A stretch of DNA of 64,000 bases from Anaeramoeba ignava BMAN. Its lineage: Eukaryota > Protista > Anaeramoebae. Shown here piece by piece: positions 1 through 18,537 of this stretch. The position numbers and the translations under genes were made by a program. Positions within the stretch are counted from its first letter, which is position 1. Each line of letters begins with the position of its first letter. The stretch is from the NCBI GenBank assembly GCA_028826165.1, contig JAPDFW010000059.1, positions 806,001 to 870,000 of the forward strand, written 5' to 3'. Under the pieces are notes generated by a model. It saw only the letters and a list, made by a program, of their open reading frames with translations, was not told where the DNA came from and did no database searches.

Positions 1-1900
1 TGCCAAAAACTTTTGTTTATAATTCCAAAAATAACAACGAATTTGATCCAAATTTTCACTCAAATCTTTTGCAATTTGTTGAGCTCTTAGTAAATTCTCT
101 TTTGAAAAATAAACAGATTTCTTATCACTAAAAATATGAAATAAAACTATTAAAGGAAATCTATTTTTTGGATTTTTTGAATGGAATTCTTCAATTTTAA
201 CGAGATAAAAATCCATTTTCTCTTTTTTGATTTGGTTATTCAAAATAAAGTGGTTCAAATAGTTCCAAGCACTTTCATTATCATCGACTTTAGCCAATTT
301 TTGCAAACAGAAATCGATCTCTCTTTGTTGGATTTCAGGTGTTGTTTGGATTGTTTGTTTTTTAGTCACAATGAAAAACCTAGCATTCCAAGCTGAATTA
401 TTTCGAATATCTTTTGAAATCATATTTTCAATAAATTCCAATTCATTATCCCATAAGTCAAAATTCTCAATAACCCATAAACGATATTCCCAAGCATGAT
501 AGTTTTTTTCATCCATTTTAAGTGCGGAATCAATGAATGCTTTTTCTTCGTTTGGATAATTTAATTTTTCACAAACTAATCTTCGATGTCTCCAAATTTG
601 ATAATTTTTTGTTGCAAGTGAAATTATATCAGAAATAAATACTAATTCGTCTTTTAGGTTTTTTCCCATTTTGTCTAATAAAAATCTTCGATATCCCCAA
701 ACTGAATAGTTTGCTGGGTTTAGTTTAATCATTTGTTTTGTTAATTCTAATGCTCTTTCACTTATTTCTTGTGATTTCCAAATTGCTCTAAAATAATCCA
801 TTGTGATAGCAACTAAACAAATATTTAAAGAATTTTAATTTTATAAATGAATTTTGATTTTATAAATGAATTTTAATTTTAATTTTATAAATGAATTTTA
901 ATTTTAATTTTAATTTTGAATTTGAATTTTGATTTTAATTTTAATTTTAATTTGAATTTAAATTTTGATTTTAATTTTGATTTTAATTTTGATTTGAATT
1001 TAAATTTTGATTTTAATTTTGATTTTAATTTTGATTTGAATTTTAATTTTAATTTTAATTTTAATTTTAATTTTAATTTTAATTTTTGATTTTGATTTTA
1101 ATTTTAATTTTAATTTTGATTTTGATTTTAATTCTAATTTTAATTTGAATTTTAATTTTAATTTTAATTTAATTTTAATTTTAATTTTGATTTTAATTTT
1201 AATTTTAATTTTAATTTTAATTTTAATTTTGATTTTGATTTTAATTTTAATTTTAATTTTAATTTTAATTTTAATTTTAATTTTTGATTTTGATTTGAAT
1301 TTTAATTTTAATTTTAATTTTAATTTTAATTTTAATTTTAATTTTAATTTTAATTTTAATTTTAATTTTGATTTTGATTTGAATTTTAATTTTAGTTTTA
1401 ATTTGAATTTTAGTTTTAATTTGAATTTTAGTTTTAATTTGAATTTTAATTTTAATTTTAATTTTAATTTTGAATTTTAATTTGAATTTGATAAATGAAT
1501 TGAATTTTAGTTAGATTTCAACATTAAAATTTTGATTTTCTCCTTTTTTTTTTTTAAAAAACAAAACTATCACAATGAATTAAATATTTACACTCAGAAC
1601 TATAAGAAATAGGACTTAAATTCTTTGAAGGATCTTCATCTTGAGGAATTGGTGTGACATCACTCCAATCAAACTTTTGTAAAAAAAATTCATCATCATC
1701 ATCATCACTTTCATATGAAATTTCAATATCTCCATCTGATTGTGAATTTGATTGTGAATCTGATTTGAAATCAAATTCTTTTTGGTTTTCAGTTTCTATT
1801 TTTTTTTCTTCAATTTGTATTTTTCTTCATTTTTTTATTTTCTTTTATTTTCTTTATTTTCTTTAATTTTATTTTCTGTATTTTCTTGATTCTCATTCAT
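1..1900 (-). CDS. FNTA: Protein farnesyltransferase/geranylgeranyltransferase type-I alpha subunit (3' end runs off the window; intron 813-1591)
   Basis: Manual translation gives DWSDVTPIPQDE..ISYSSE|FAITMDYFRAIW..SERALELT..LNPANYSVWGYRR..KNYQIWRHRR..KNYHAWEYR..RNNSAWNARFF, i.e. PPTA repeats. A GT-AG intron joins the exons in frame. Confidence 0.93.
835..1500. repeat. (TTTTAA/TTTTGA)n microsatellite filling the FNTA intron
   Basis: Visible hexamer repeat; it explains the spurious NF/IL ORF at 1145-1480. Confidence 0.9.
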
Positions 1901-2021
1901 TATAATTAAAAAAAATGAAAAAATGAAAAAAATGAAAAATGAAAAATGAAAAAAATGAAAAAAATTAAAACAAATTTCGAAATTTTTTGATTTTTGCTTT
2001 TTTTTTAATCTTTTGGATTTT

Positions 2022-5000
2022 TTAATTTGTTAAACAATTTGAAATAAAATCTTTAATTAAAGTATCATAATTTTGTTTTCTCCAAGCTGTTTCACTCTTT
2101 TCATTTTGAAAAATATAGAAAATAGTTTCTTTTGATTTTTTTGCTGATTGATATAATTCTTTTGTCATTTTTGGAGGTCTAAATAATAAGAAAAATTATT
2201 TTTTTCAATAAATAAATTTCCAAAAAAAAAATAAATCAAATACATAAAAAGTTCATCTGATGAACTTAAAAATAATATTGGTGTTGTAATTTCTGGAATA
2301 AGTTTTGAATTATCCCATTTTGTTCGAAAAAGAAAATTTGGAACAAATCGGAATAAATTTGATGAATGAGAAAATAATTTTGGAACAGAAGTAAATGGAG
2401 CTTCAACAATTAACCCTTTAATTTTTTCTTCCTATTTTAATATTTTAAATATTTTAATATTTATTTAAATATTGATTTAATTATTGATTTAAATATTGAT
2501 TTAAATATTTATTTAAATATTAATTTAAATATTGATTTAAATATTTATTTAAATATTAATTTAAATATTTGATTTAAATATTGATTTAAATATTTGATTT
2601 AAATATTGATTTAAATATTTGATTTAAATATTTGATTTAAATATTTGATTTAAATATTTGATTTAAATATTTGATTTAAATATTTGATTTAAATATTTGA
2701 TTTAAATATTTGATTTAAATATTTGATTTAAAATATTGATTTAAATATTGATTTAAATATTTGATTTTAAATATTGATTTAAATATTGATTTAAATATTT
2801 GATTTAAATATTGATTTAAATATTTGATTTAAATATTTGATTTGAATATTGATTTAAATATTGATTTAAATATTGATTTTAATATTGATTTTTAATATTG
2901 ATTTAAATATTTGATTTTAATATTGATTTAAATATTGATTTAAATATTGATTTAAATATTTGATTTTAATATTTGATTTAATATTTATTTTAAATATTTA
3001 TTTAAATATAATTGATTTAATTATTTGATTTGAATATTTATTTAAATATTTATTTAAATATTTGATTTTAATATTTGATTTTAAATATTGATTTAAAATA
3101 TTGATTTAAATATTGATTTAAATATTGATTTAAATATTGATTTAAATATTGATTTAAAATATTGATTTAATTATTGATTTAAATATTGATTTAAATATTT
3201 GATTTAAATATTTGATTTAAATATTTATTTAAATATTGATTTAAATATTGATTTAAATATTGATTTAAAAATATTTGATTTAAATATTGATTTAAATATT
3301 TGATTTAAATATTGATTTAAATATTTATTTAAATATTTGATTTAAATATTTGATTTAAATATTTGATTTAAATATTGATTTAAATAAAATATTGATTTAA
3401 ATATTGATTTTAAATATTGATTTAAATATTGATTTAAATATTGATTTAAAATATTGATTTAAATATTTGATTTAAATATTGATTTAAATATTGATTTAAA
3501 TATTGATTTTAAATATTGATTTAAATATTTGATTTAAAATATTTGATTTAAAATATTTGATTTAAATATATTTGATTTAAATATATTTGATTTAAATATT
3601 TGATTTAAAATATTTGATTTTAAATATATTTGATTTAAAAATATTTGATTTAAATATTTGATTTTAAATATTTGATTTAAATATTGATTTAAAATATTGA
3701 TTTAAATATTGATTTAATTATTGATTTTAAATATTGATTTAAATATTTGATTTAAATATTGATTTAAATATTTGATTTAAATATTGATTTAAATATTGAT
3801 TTAAATATTTGATTTAAATATTGATTTAAATATTGATTTAAATATTGATTTAAATATTTGATTTAAATATTTGATTTAAATATTTGATTTAAATATTGAT
3901 TTATTTGATTTAAATATTGATTTAAATATTTGATTTAAATATTTGATTTAAATATTTGATTTAAATATTTGATTTAAATATTGATTTAAATATTGATTTA
4001 AATATTTGATTTAAATATTTGATTTAAATATTTGATTTAAATATTGATTTAAATATTTGATTTAAATATTGATTTAAATATTTGATTTAAAATATTTGAT
4101 TTAAATAATTGATTTAAATATTTATTTTAAATATTAATTTAAATATTGATTTAAATATTGATTTAAATATTTGATTTAAATATTAATTTAAATATTTGAT
4201 TTTAATATTGATTTAAATATTTATTTAAATATTGATTTAAATATTGATTTAAATATTGATTTTAAATATTGATTTAAATATTTGATTTAAATATTGATTT
4301 AAATATTGATTTAAATATTGATTTAAATATTTGATTTAAATATTTGATTTAAATATTGAATATTGATTTTAAAATATTTATTTTAATATTGATTTAATTA
4401 TTGATTTAAATATTGATTTTAAATATTGATTTAAATATTTGATTTTAAATATTTGATTTAAATATTGATTTAAATATTGATTTTAAATATTGATTTAAAT
4501 ATTGATTTAAATATTGATTTAAATATTGATTTAAATATTGATTTAAATATTGATTTAAATATTAATTTAAATATTGATTTAAATATTGATTTTAAATATT
4601 GATTTTAAATATTAATTTAAATATTGATTTAAATATTGATTTTAAATATTGATTTTAAATATTGATTTAAATATTTGATTTAAATATTTGATTTAAATAT
4701 TTGATTTAAATATTGATTTAAATATTTGATTTAAATATTTGATTTAAATATTTGATTTAAATATTTGATTTAAATATTTGATTTAAATATTTGATTTAAA
4801 TATTTGATTTAAATATTTGATTTAAATATTTGATTTAAATATTTGATTTAAATATTTGATTTAAATATTTGATTTAAATTTTGATTTAAATATTTGATTT
4901 AAATATTTGATTTAAATTTTGATTTAAATATTGATTTAAATATTTGATTTAAATATTGATTTAAATATTTGATTTAAATATATTGATTTAAATATTTGAT

Positions 5001-5949
5001 TTAAATATATTGATTTAAATATTGATTTAAATATTGATTTAAATATTGATTTAAATATTTGATTTAAATATTGATTTTAATATTGATTTAAATATTAATT
5101 TAAATATTTTAATATTTCATTCTATTCTACATTTTTTGAAACTAAATCTATCGCAACTGCAGCTCCAAGTCCTCTTCCAAAAACAAAAAAATTTTTATTT
5201 GTAAGTGATTCTAATTTTAATAAATAATCTAATGCTGTTTGAGAATCAATTTTCAATCCTTTTTCTGATGGACTTCCTTCACTAAGACCAAAACTTTCAA
5301 TTATAATAATAATTATAATAATAATAATAATAATAAATTATATAAATTTTAATAAAAATTAATACCCTCTATATTCTACAAGAAAAATATTTAAATCCAT
5401 TGAATTCATTAATTTCTGAATTGCTTCAATTCTTTGAGTGATATCTTTATAAAAAAATTGTATTTTTTGTTTTTGTTTTTGTTCCACATTTTTTTGTTAA
5501 AATTTTCAACTAATAAAAAATATTTTCTTCCTTATTTTAAGAAATTTAAAAATCTTACTTCCTTTATTTCCATGAAAATAAATAAGAGTTGGGAATGAAT
5601 TAGATTTAATAAATAATAAACTAAAGATAAGAATATTATCTTTTGTTAATAACCAAACCTATTTATTATAAATTTAATAATAATTTAATAAATAATTTAA
5701 TAAATAATTTTAAAAGTTTTTCTTTTGTTTTTACTCTTTCCATATTTAAATTCTTTTTTAAATTTTCAGTAATATCCTAAATAAAATAATTTTAGAAAAT
5801 TGAAAATAATTTTATTAAATATTTTTTTCAATCATTTTTTTCAATCATTTTACAGAAAATTTTGGATAAGGATGATATAATCCTTGATCTTGTAAACAAT
5901 AAAATAATAGAATAATTAAAAAAAGAATAAAAATAATAATTAAAAACAT
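2022..5949 (-). CDS. ABHD13/Bem46-like alpha/beta hydrolase with N-terminal TM anchor, 7 exons; catalytic Ser and His apparently lost
   Basis: Spliced translation: [116 protein letters not shown]. All introns are GT-AG. Confidence 0.85.
2432..5130. repeat. 2.7-kb intron made of a 12-13 bp minisatellite (ATTTAAATATT[T]G)n
   Basis: Directly visible tandem repeat, bounded on the minus strand by GT (5130) and AG (2432). Confidence 0.9.
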
Positions 5950-6058
5950 TTTTTAAAAAAAATGAGAAAAATGAGAAAATAAAAAAATGAAATTATTTTT
6001 TTCATTTTTTTTTTCATTTCAATTTATTTTGTTAATTTTAATATTAATATTAATAATA

Positions 6059-8145
6059 ATGGGCGCACACTTAGAAAAAGAAATTCGAAGCAGAGTTAAA
6101 GTAAAAAAATTAATTTAATTTATTTAAAAAAACAAATAAATAAACAAAAAAAAATTTGGAATTTTTGCTTTTTTTTTTAATTTTCTTAAATAATTTTCTC
6201 CTTTTAAAATAATTTAGAAAGCGAAAAAAACTAAATCACTCAATTTAGATTCATTAGAAATTGAATTTATTCCAAAAGAAATTTTTGATTTAGAACATTT
6301 GGAAGAAATTATTCTTAACAACAATAAAATCATTGAAATACCAGAAGATTTAAAAAAATTAAAAAATTTAAAGAAACTTCGATTAAGTCATAATAATTTA
6401 CAATTTCTTCCTAATTTTTCTGATTTACCAAAACTTGAGGTTCTTGATTTAAGTTATTATACTGGAAAATTAACTAAAGAACTTTTTGATTGCAAATCTA
6501 TTACTTGTTTTGGATTAAGATTCTGTCAATTAAAAGAAATTCCTCAAGAAATTTTTTCACTTGAAAATTTGAGAATTTTGGATTTACGTTGTAATAATAT
6601 TGAATTTATTCCAACTGGTATTCTTGCATTGAAAAAGCTTAAAACTTTATATCTTGATGATAATCCTATTTTTTATCCTCCTCCAAAATATTTACAATCA
6701 ATTTATCAAATTTTTCAGTATTTAGAAGGTAATTTTAATTTTATAAATGAATTTTATAAATGAATTTTATAAATGAATTTTATTTCAAATAGGAATTGAA
6801 TTCTTAATAGGAGAAAATTCACAAAAAAATTCTGATCAAACAGAAGAAACAAAACAATTTGTAAGAAATTAATTCAAATCTAAAAAAAAAATTGGTTGAT
6901 TAAAATTTGGAAAATTCAAAAAAAAAAAGACAAAACTTTCTTATCAAATTAATCTCATAAAAGAATTAGCAACTGTTTTTGTACAACGACTTGAACATAC
7001 TAATCCAAAAGAAGATTTAAAAGAAAATTCATTAATTCAAGAATTACTATCCAAATGTGAAACTGTTGAAGATCGAATGCAAACATTGATTGATCAAGTT
7101 TCATCAAATGATCAACTGAAGGCACTTTTATTAGAACAAAAAGATTCAATAAAAAATGCACTTCAACTTTATCAAGATTATCTTCAAGGAAAAAGACCAG
7201 AAAAAAAAGAAACACCCAATTTCCAAAAAGAACCAAATCAAAATGAGGAATTCAAACCTTATCAAGTTGGTGAACAACAAAAACTCCATCAAAATCAAAA
7301 TCAAAATCAAAATCAAAATTTTAATATCAATACAGATACTAAATTTGGGTTATCTAATGTTTCTAACCAGAAAATTCAAATGAAATATCAACACACAACA
7401 AGTGATGATAATTTACTGGGCGGTTTTGGATTTTCAGTAAATCAAACACCAAATGAATTGCCAAAATCATCTCATGATCCAAATATTCAAAAAAAATCCA
7501 AATCCAAATCCAAATCAAAATTTTAATATCAATACAGATACTAAATTTGGATTATCTAATGTTTCTAACCAGAAAATTCAAATGAAATATCAACACACAA
7601 CAAGTGAGGATAATTTACTGGGTGATTCTGGATTTTCAGTAAATCAAACACCAAATGAATTTCCAAAATCATTTCATGATCCAAATATTAAAAAAAAACC
7701 TCAAAAAAAATCTAAAAAAAAACAACAAAAAAAACAACAACAACACATTCCTGAAGGATTTCAACAAGTATTTTCCCCTCAAATAGAACATAAACCAATA
7801 AGACCACCAAAATTAAAAGTTCCTGAAAATCAAAATCTAAATCAAAATCAAAATCAAAATCAAAATCAAAATCAAAACAAGAATCAAAATCAAAATCAAA
7901 ATCAAATTAAAATTCAAAATCAAAATCAAATTCAAAATCAAAATCAAATTCAAAACAAGAATCAAGTTAAAATTCAACATCAAGTTTTAAATCGACAAAC
8001 TACTGATGAACAATTTGAAGATTTTTTTAGTAATCGTCCAAAACGTTTTCAAGAAGATAAATTAGAATCAAATCAAAATGAAGAACAAATTAAAAAAGAA
8101 GAAATTAAAGAAGAAAAAGAAGAAGAAGATTTAATTAAATTTTAA
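6059..8145 (+). CDS. LRR protein with N-terminal MG (possible myristoylation), putative GAT-like helical domain and NQ-rich tail; apparent 1-nt frameshift near 7490
   Basis: Exon 1 MGAHLEKEIRSRVK, intron 6101-6217, then an LRR exon (LxxLxLxxN repeats). The exon from 6930 reads TKLSYQINLIKELA..NSLIQELLSKCETVEDRMQTLIDQV..DSIKNALQLYQD. ORFs 7077-7526 and 7453-8145 overlap. Confidence 0.75.
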
Positions 8146-8371
8146 TTAAAAAAAAGAAAAAAGGAGAAAAAAACAAAAATTAAAAAATTAAATAAAAAAG
8201 GAGAATTTATTTTTATTTATTTTTTTTTTGCTTTTTTAATTAATTTTTCAATTAAAAAAATTTTTTTTATTTTTCATTTTTCGTTTTTTTCTTTTATCAA
8301 ATTGTGTGCTTTTTTTTTCAAATTTTTTTTTTTTTGATTACGATTTACTGAATTAATTTTTCAATTTAATA

Positions 8372-11300
8372 ATGGGCACAAGTTTAGAAAAACAAGTTCG
8401 AAAAAGAGTGAAGGTAATTAAAATTTCAAATTAAAAATTTAAATTAAAAAAATTTTTTTTCTTTTTTAATAATTTTGTTTTAAAATGAAATAATGAATAC
8501 AATTAAAAATTATTTTAAAATTTAATTTTAAATTATTCTTTTTTACATTTCGAAAAATTTTTTTTTTTTTTTTTTTCAACGATCTTTCTTTTTTTCTTTT
8601 TTTCTTTTTTTGAATTTTGTTTTATTTTTTTTTTAAAAAGAAATTCGTCATAATTTAATAAATAAATAAATTAATAAATAAATTAATAAATTAATAAATA
8701 AATAAATTAATAAATAAAATTAATAAATAAATAAATTAATAAATAAATAAAATTAATAAATAAATAAAATTAATATATAAATAAATTAATATATAAATAA
8801 ATTAATAAATTAATAAATAAATTAATAAATAAATTAATAAATTAATATAATAAATAAATTAATAAATTAATATATAAATAATTTAATAAAATAATTTAAT
8901 AAATAAATTAAATAAATAATTTAATAAATAATTTCATAAATAAATCAATAAATTAATAAATAATTTAATAAATAAATTAATAAATAATTTAAATAAATAA
9001 TTTAATAAATAATTTAATAAATAATTTAATAAATAATTTAAATAAATTAATAAATAAATTAATAAATAAATTAATAAATAATTAAATAAATTTAATAAAT
9101 AATTTAATAAATAATTTAATAAATAAATAATTTAATAAATAAATTAATAAATAAATTAACAAATAAATTAATAAATAAATAAATAATTTAATAAATAAAT
9201 TAATAAATAAATTAACAAATAAATTAATAAATTAATAAAAAAAAATAAATAAATAAATTAATAAATTAAATAAATAAATTTAATAAATAAAATTAATAAA
9301 TAAATTAATAAATAATTTAATAAATAATTTTAAATAAATAAATTAATAAATAATTTTAATAAATAATTTAATAAATAAATTAATAAATAATTTAATAAAT
9401 AATTTAATAAATAAATTTAATAAATAATTTAATAAATAATTTAATAAATAATTTAATAAATAAAATAATTTAATTAATAAAAAAAATTAATAAATAAAAA
9501 TAATAAATAAATAAATTAATAAATAAATTAATAAATAAATTAATAAATAATTTAATAAATAATTTAATAAATAATTTAATAAATAATTTAATAAATAATT
9601 TATAAATAATTTAATAAATAAATTAATAAATAATTTAATAAATAATTTAATAAATTAATATATAAATAAATTAATAAATAAATTAATAAATAATTTAATA
9701 AATAAATAAATAAATAAATAAATTAATAAATTAATAAATTAATAAATAATTTAATAAATTTATAATTTAATAAATAATTTAATAAATAATTTAATAAATA
9801 AATTTAATAAATAATTTAATAAATAATTTAATAAATAAATTAATAAATAATTTAATAAATAAATTAATAATTTAATAATAAATAAATTAATAAATAATTT
9901 AATAAATAATTTAATAAATAAATAAATTAATAAATAAATTAATAAATAATTTAATAAATAAATTAATAAAAATAAATAAATTAATAAATAAATAAATAAT
10001 AAATAAATTAATAAATAATTTAATAAATTAATATATTTTTTTTCTCCTTTTAAAATAATTTAATAAATTAATTAATAAATAATTTAATAAATAAATAATT
10101 TAATAAATTAATAAATAATTAAATTAATAAATAATTTAATAAATAAATTAATATATTTTTTTTCTCCTTTTAAAATAATTTAGAAAGCAAAAAAAACTAA
10201 AACACTCAATTTAGATTCATTGGAAATTAAAGACATTCCAAAAGAAATTTTCGATTTAGAAAAATTGGAAGAACTTAATCTTAGCAATAACAAAATCGAA
10301 GAAATTCCAGAAGATTTAACAAAATTAAAGAAATTAAAGAAACTTCGATTAGCTCAAAACCATTTACAATCACTTCCCAAATTTTCTGAATTGGAAAAGC
10401 TTGAGGTTCTTGATTTAAGTTATTATGCCTCAGGATTATCTAATGAAATTTTTGATTGCAAAACTCTTAATTCCTTATCATTAAGATATTGTAAATTAAA
10501 AGAAATTCCTCAAGAAATTTTTTCACTTGAAAATTTGAAAATTTTGGATTTACGTTGTAATGATATTGAATTTATTCCAATTGGTATTCTTGCATTGAAA
10601 AATCTTAAAACTTTATATCTTGATGATAATCCTATTTTTTATCCTCCTCCAAAACATTTGGAATCAGTTTCTTCAATTTTTGAGTATTTAGAAGGTAAAT
10701 TTAATAATTAAATTAATAAATAATTTAATTAAATAAATTAATAAATTAATAAATTAATAAATAAATAATTTAATAAATTAATAAATAAATAAATTAATAA
10801 ATAATTTAAATAAAAAGGTGAAGAAAAAAAGAAACCAGAAGAAAGGGAATTCGAAACTCTTAAACAAGCATCTGACAAGAAAAAAAAAGGTTTAGTAGAA
10901 AAGCAACAACAAAGAGAAAAAGAAAAAGCTGAAAAAGAAAAAGCTGAAAAAGAAAAAGCTGAAAAAGAAAAAGCTGAAAAAGAAAAAGCTGAAAAAGAAA
11001 AAGCTGAAAAAGAAAAAGCTGAAAAAGAAAAAGATGAAAAAGATGAAAAAGATGAAAAAGATGAAAAAGATGAAAAAGAAAAAGATGAAAAAGAAAAAGA
11101 TGAAAAAGATGAAAAAGATGAAAAAGATGAAAAATCTAAATCAAAATCAAAATCTAAATCAAAATCAAAATCAAAATCAAAATCAAAATCAAAATCAAAA
11201 TCTAAATCAAAATCAAAATCAAAATCAAAATCAAAATCTAAATCTAAATCAACTTCAACTTCAGATGATGAAAAAGAAAAGAAAAAGAAAAAAGATTCTT

Positions 11301-11839
11301 CAGATTCTTCTTCAGATAAAGAAAAAGAAAAAGAAAAAGAAAAAGAAAAAGAAGAAGAAAAAGAAAGATTAAGAAAACAAAAAGAAGAAGAAGAAAGATT
11401 AAGAAAACAAAAAGAAGAAGAAGAAAGATTAAGAAAACAAAAAGAAGAAGAAGAAAGATTAAGAAAACAAAAAGAAGAAGAAGAAAGATTAAGAAAACAA
11501 AAAGAAGAAGAAGAAAGATTAAGAAAACAAAAAGAAGAAGAAGAAAGATTAAGAAGAGAAGAAGAAGAAAGAAAAAGAAAAGAAGAAGAAGAAAGAAAAA
11601 GAAGAGAAGAAGAAGAAAGATTAAGAAAACAAAAAGAAGAAGAAGAAAGATTAAGAAAACAAAAAGAAGAAGAAGAAAGATTAAGAAAACAAAAAGAAGA
11701 AGAAGAAAAAAAGAAGAAGAAATCAAAATCTAAATCAAAATCAAAATCAAAATCAAAATCAAAATCAAAATCAAAATCAAAATCAAAATCAAAATCAACT
11801 TCAACTTCAACTTCAACTTCAACTTCTGATTCGGATTAA
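8372..11839 (+). CDS. Paralogous LRR protein with charged E/K/R single-alpha-helix-like tail and SK repeats
   Basis: Exon 1 MGTSLEKQVRKRVK, intron 8414-10183, LRR exon highly similar to the upstream paralog, intron ~10695-10818, then (EKEKA)n, (SK)n and (EEEERLRKQK)n to TAA at 11839. Confidence 0.8.
8655..10150. repeat. (AATAAAT/TAATAAATAATT)n low-complexity array in intron 1 of LRR paralog 2
   Basis: Visible, almost purely A/T repeat. Confidence 0.85.
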
Positions 11840-12320
11840 ATCTTAAGATCTTTTTTAAAATAATCATTTAATCAAATAATTCTTATTCACTTTATTAATT
11901 CATTAATTCATTAATTCGACTTGATTCTTTTTTTTTTTTTGAATTTGGATCAGTTCATTTTTCTCATTGAAAGTTTTTTTTTTCTCATTTGGTTTTCATT
12001 TCCAAATTTTTTTTTTTTTGAGTTTTTTCTTTCTTTTAATTGTTTTTTGTTGTTTTTCTTTTTTTTCTTTTCAATTCCAATTTCAATTCTAATTTCAATT
12101 CTAATTTCAATTCTAATTTTAATTACAAATTTCAAAGAAAAAAATGATTAATAAAAAAGTAAGAAAATTTGAAATAAAAAAGGAAAAAAAAAAAGGAATA
12201 AGTTTAAAAAATGTTTTCTGGGAAATAAAACCAAAAACAAAAAAAAAATTTTTTCATTTTTCATTTTTTCATTTTTTCATTTTTTCATTTTTAAAAAACA
12301 AACAAACAAACAAAAACAAA

Positions 12321-17929
<5,609 letters not shown>

Positions 17930-18537
17930 TCCACTTAATCCGTTTTCTTTTTCTTTTCTTTTTCTTTTTCTTTTTCTTTTCCAATCTTTTTCTTTTCTCA
18001 ATTTTTTTCTCAATTAACAAAAAAACAAATTTAAAGACAAATTAAACAAGATTTTCAAAATAAAATTTAAATAAATTCTTTTTAAACAAAATTCAAATTT
18101 AAAGACAAATTAAATAAGATTTTCAAAATAAAATTTAAAACAAAATTTAAAAATAAATTTAAATAAATTCTTTTTAAAATTTTTATTAAATTTAATTAAT
18201 TAAAAAAAGGAATATTTTCTCTTTTTTTAGATTATTTTTTTGGATCTTTTTTTCTTTTTAATTTAAATAAAAATTTTAATTAAACAAGATTTTCAAAATA
18301 AAATTTAAAACAAAATTTAAAAATAGATTTAAATATTTTCTTTTTAAAATTTTTATTAAATTTAAAAATAAAAGGAATAAATATTATTTTCTTTTTAAAA
18401 TTTTTAAATTTAACAAGATTTTCAAATAAAATTTAAACAAAAATTTAAAAATAAAAGGAACATTTTCTCTTTTTTTTAGATTATTTTTTTGGATCTTTTT
18501 TTCTTTTTTCTTTTTCTTTAAGTTTTCTTTTTTTTTT

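Noticed and set aside
7485-7526. Overlapping ORFs in the LRR-GAT gene suggesting programmed frameshifting
   Set aside because: Removing one A from the A8 run restores IQKNPNPNQNFNI, matching the adjacent ~200-bp duplicate; a homopolymer sequencing error is more likely.
18020-18500. Imperfect direct repeats between the FAN and selenoprotein 3' ends
   Set aside because: A/T-rich local duplications with no terminal repeats or coding capacity.
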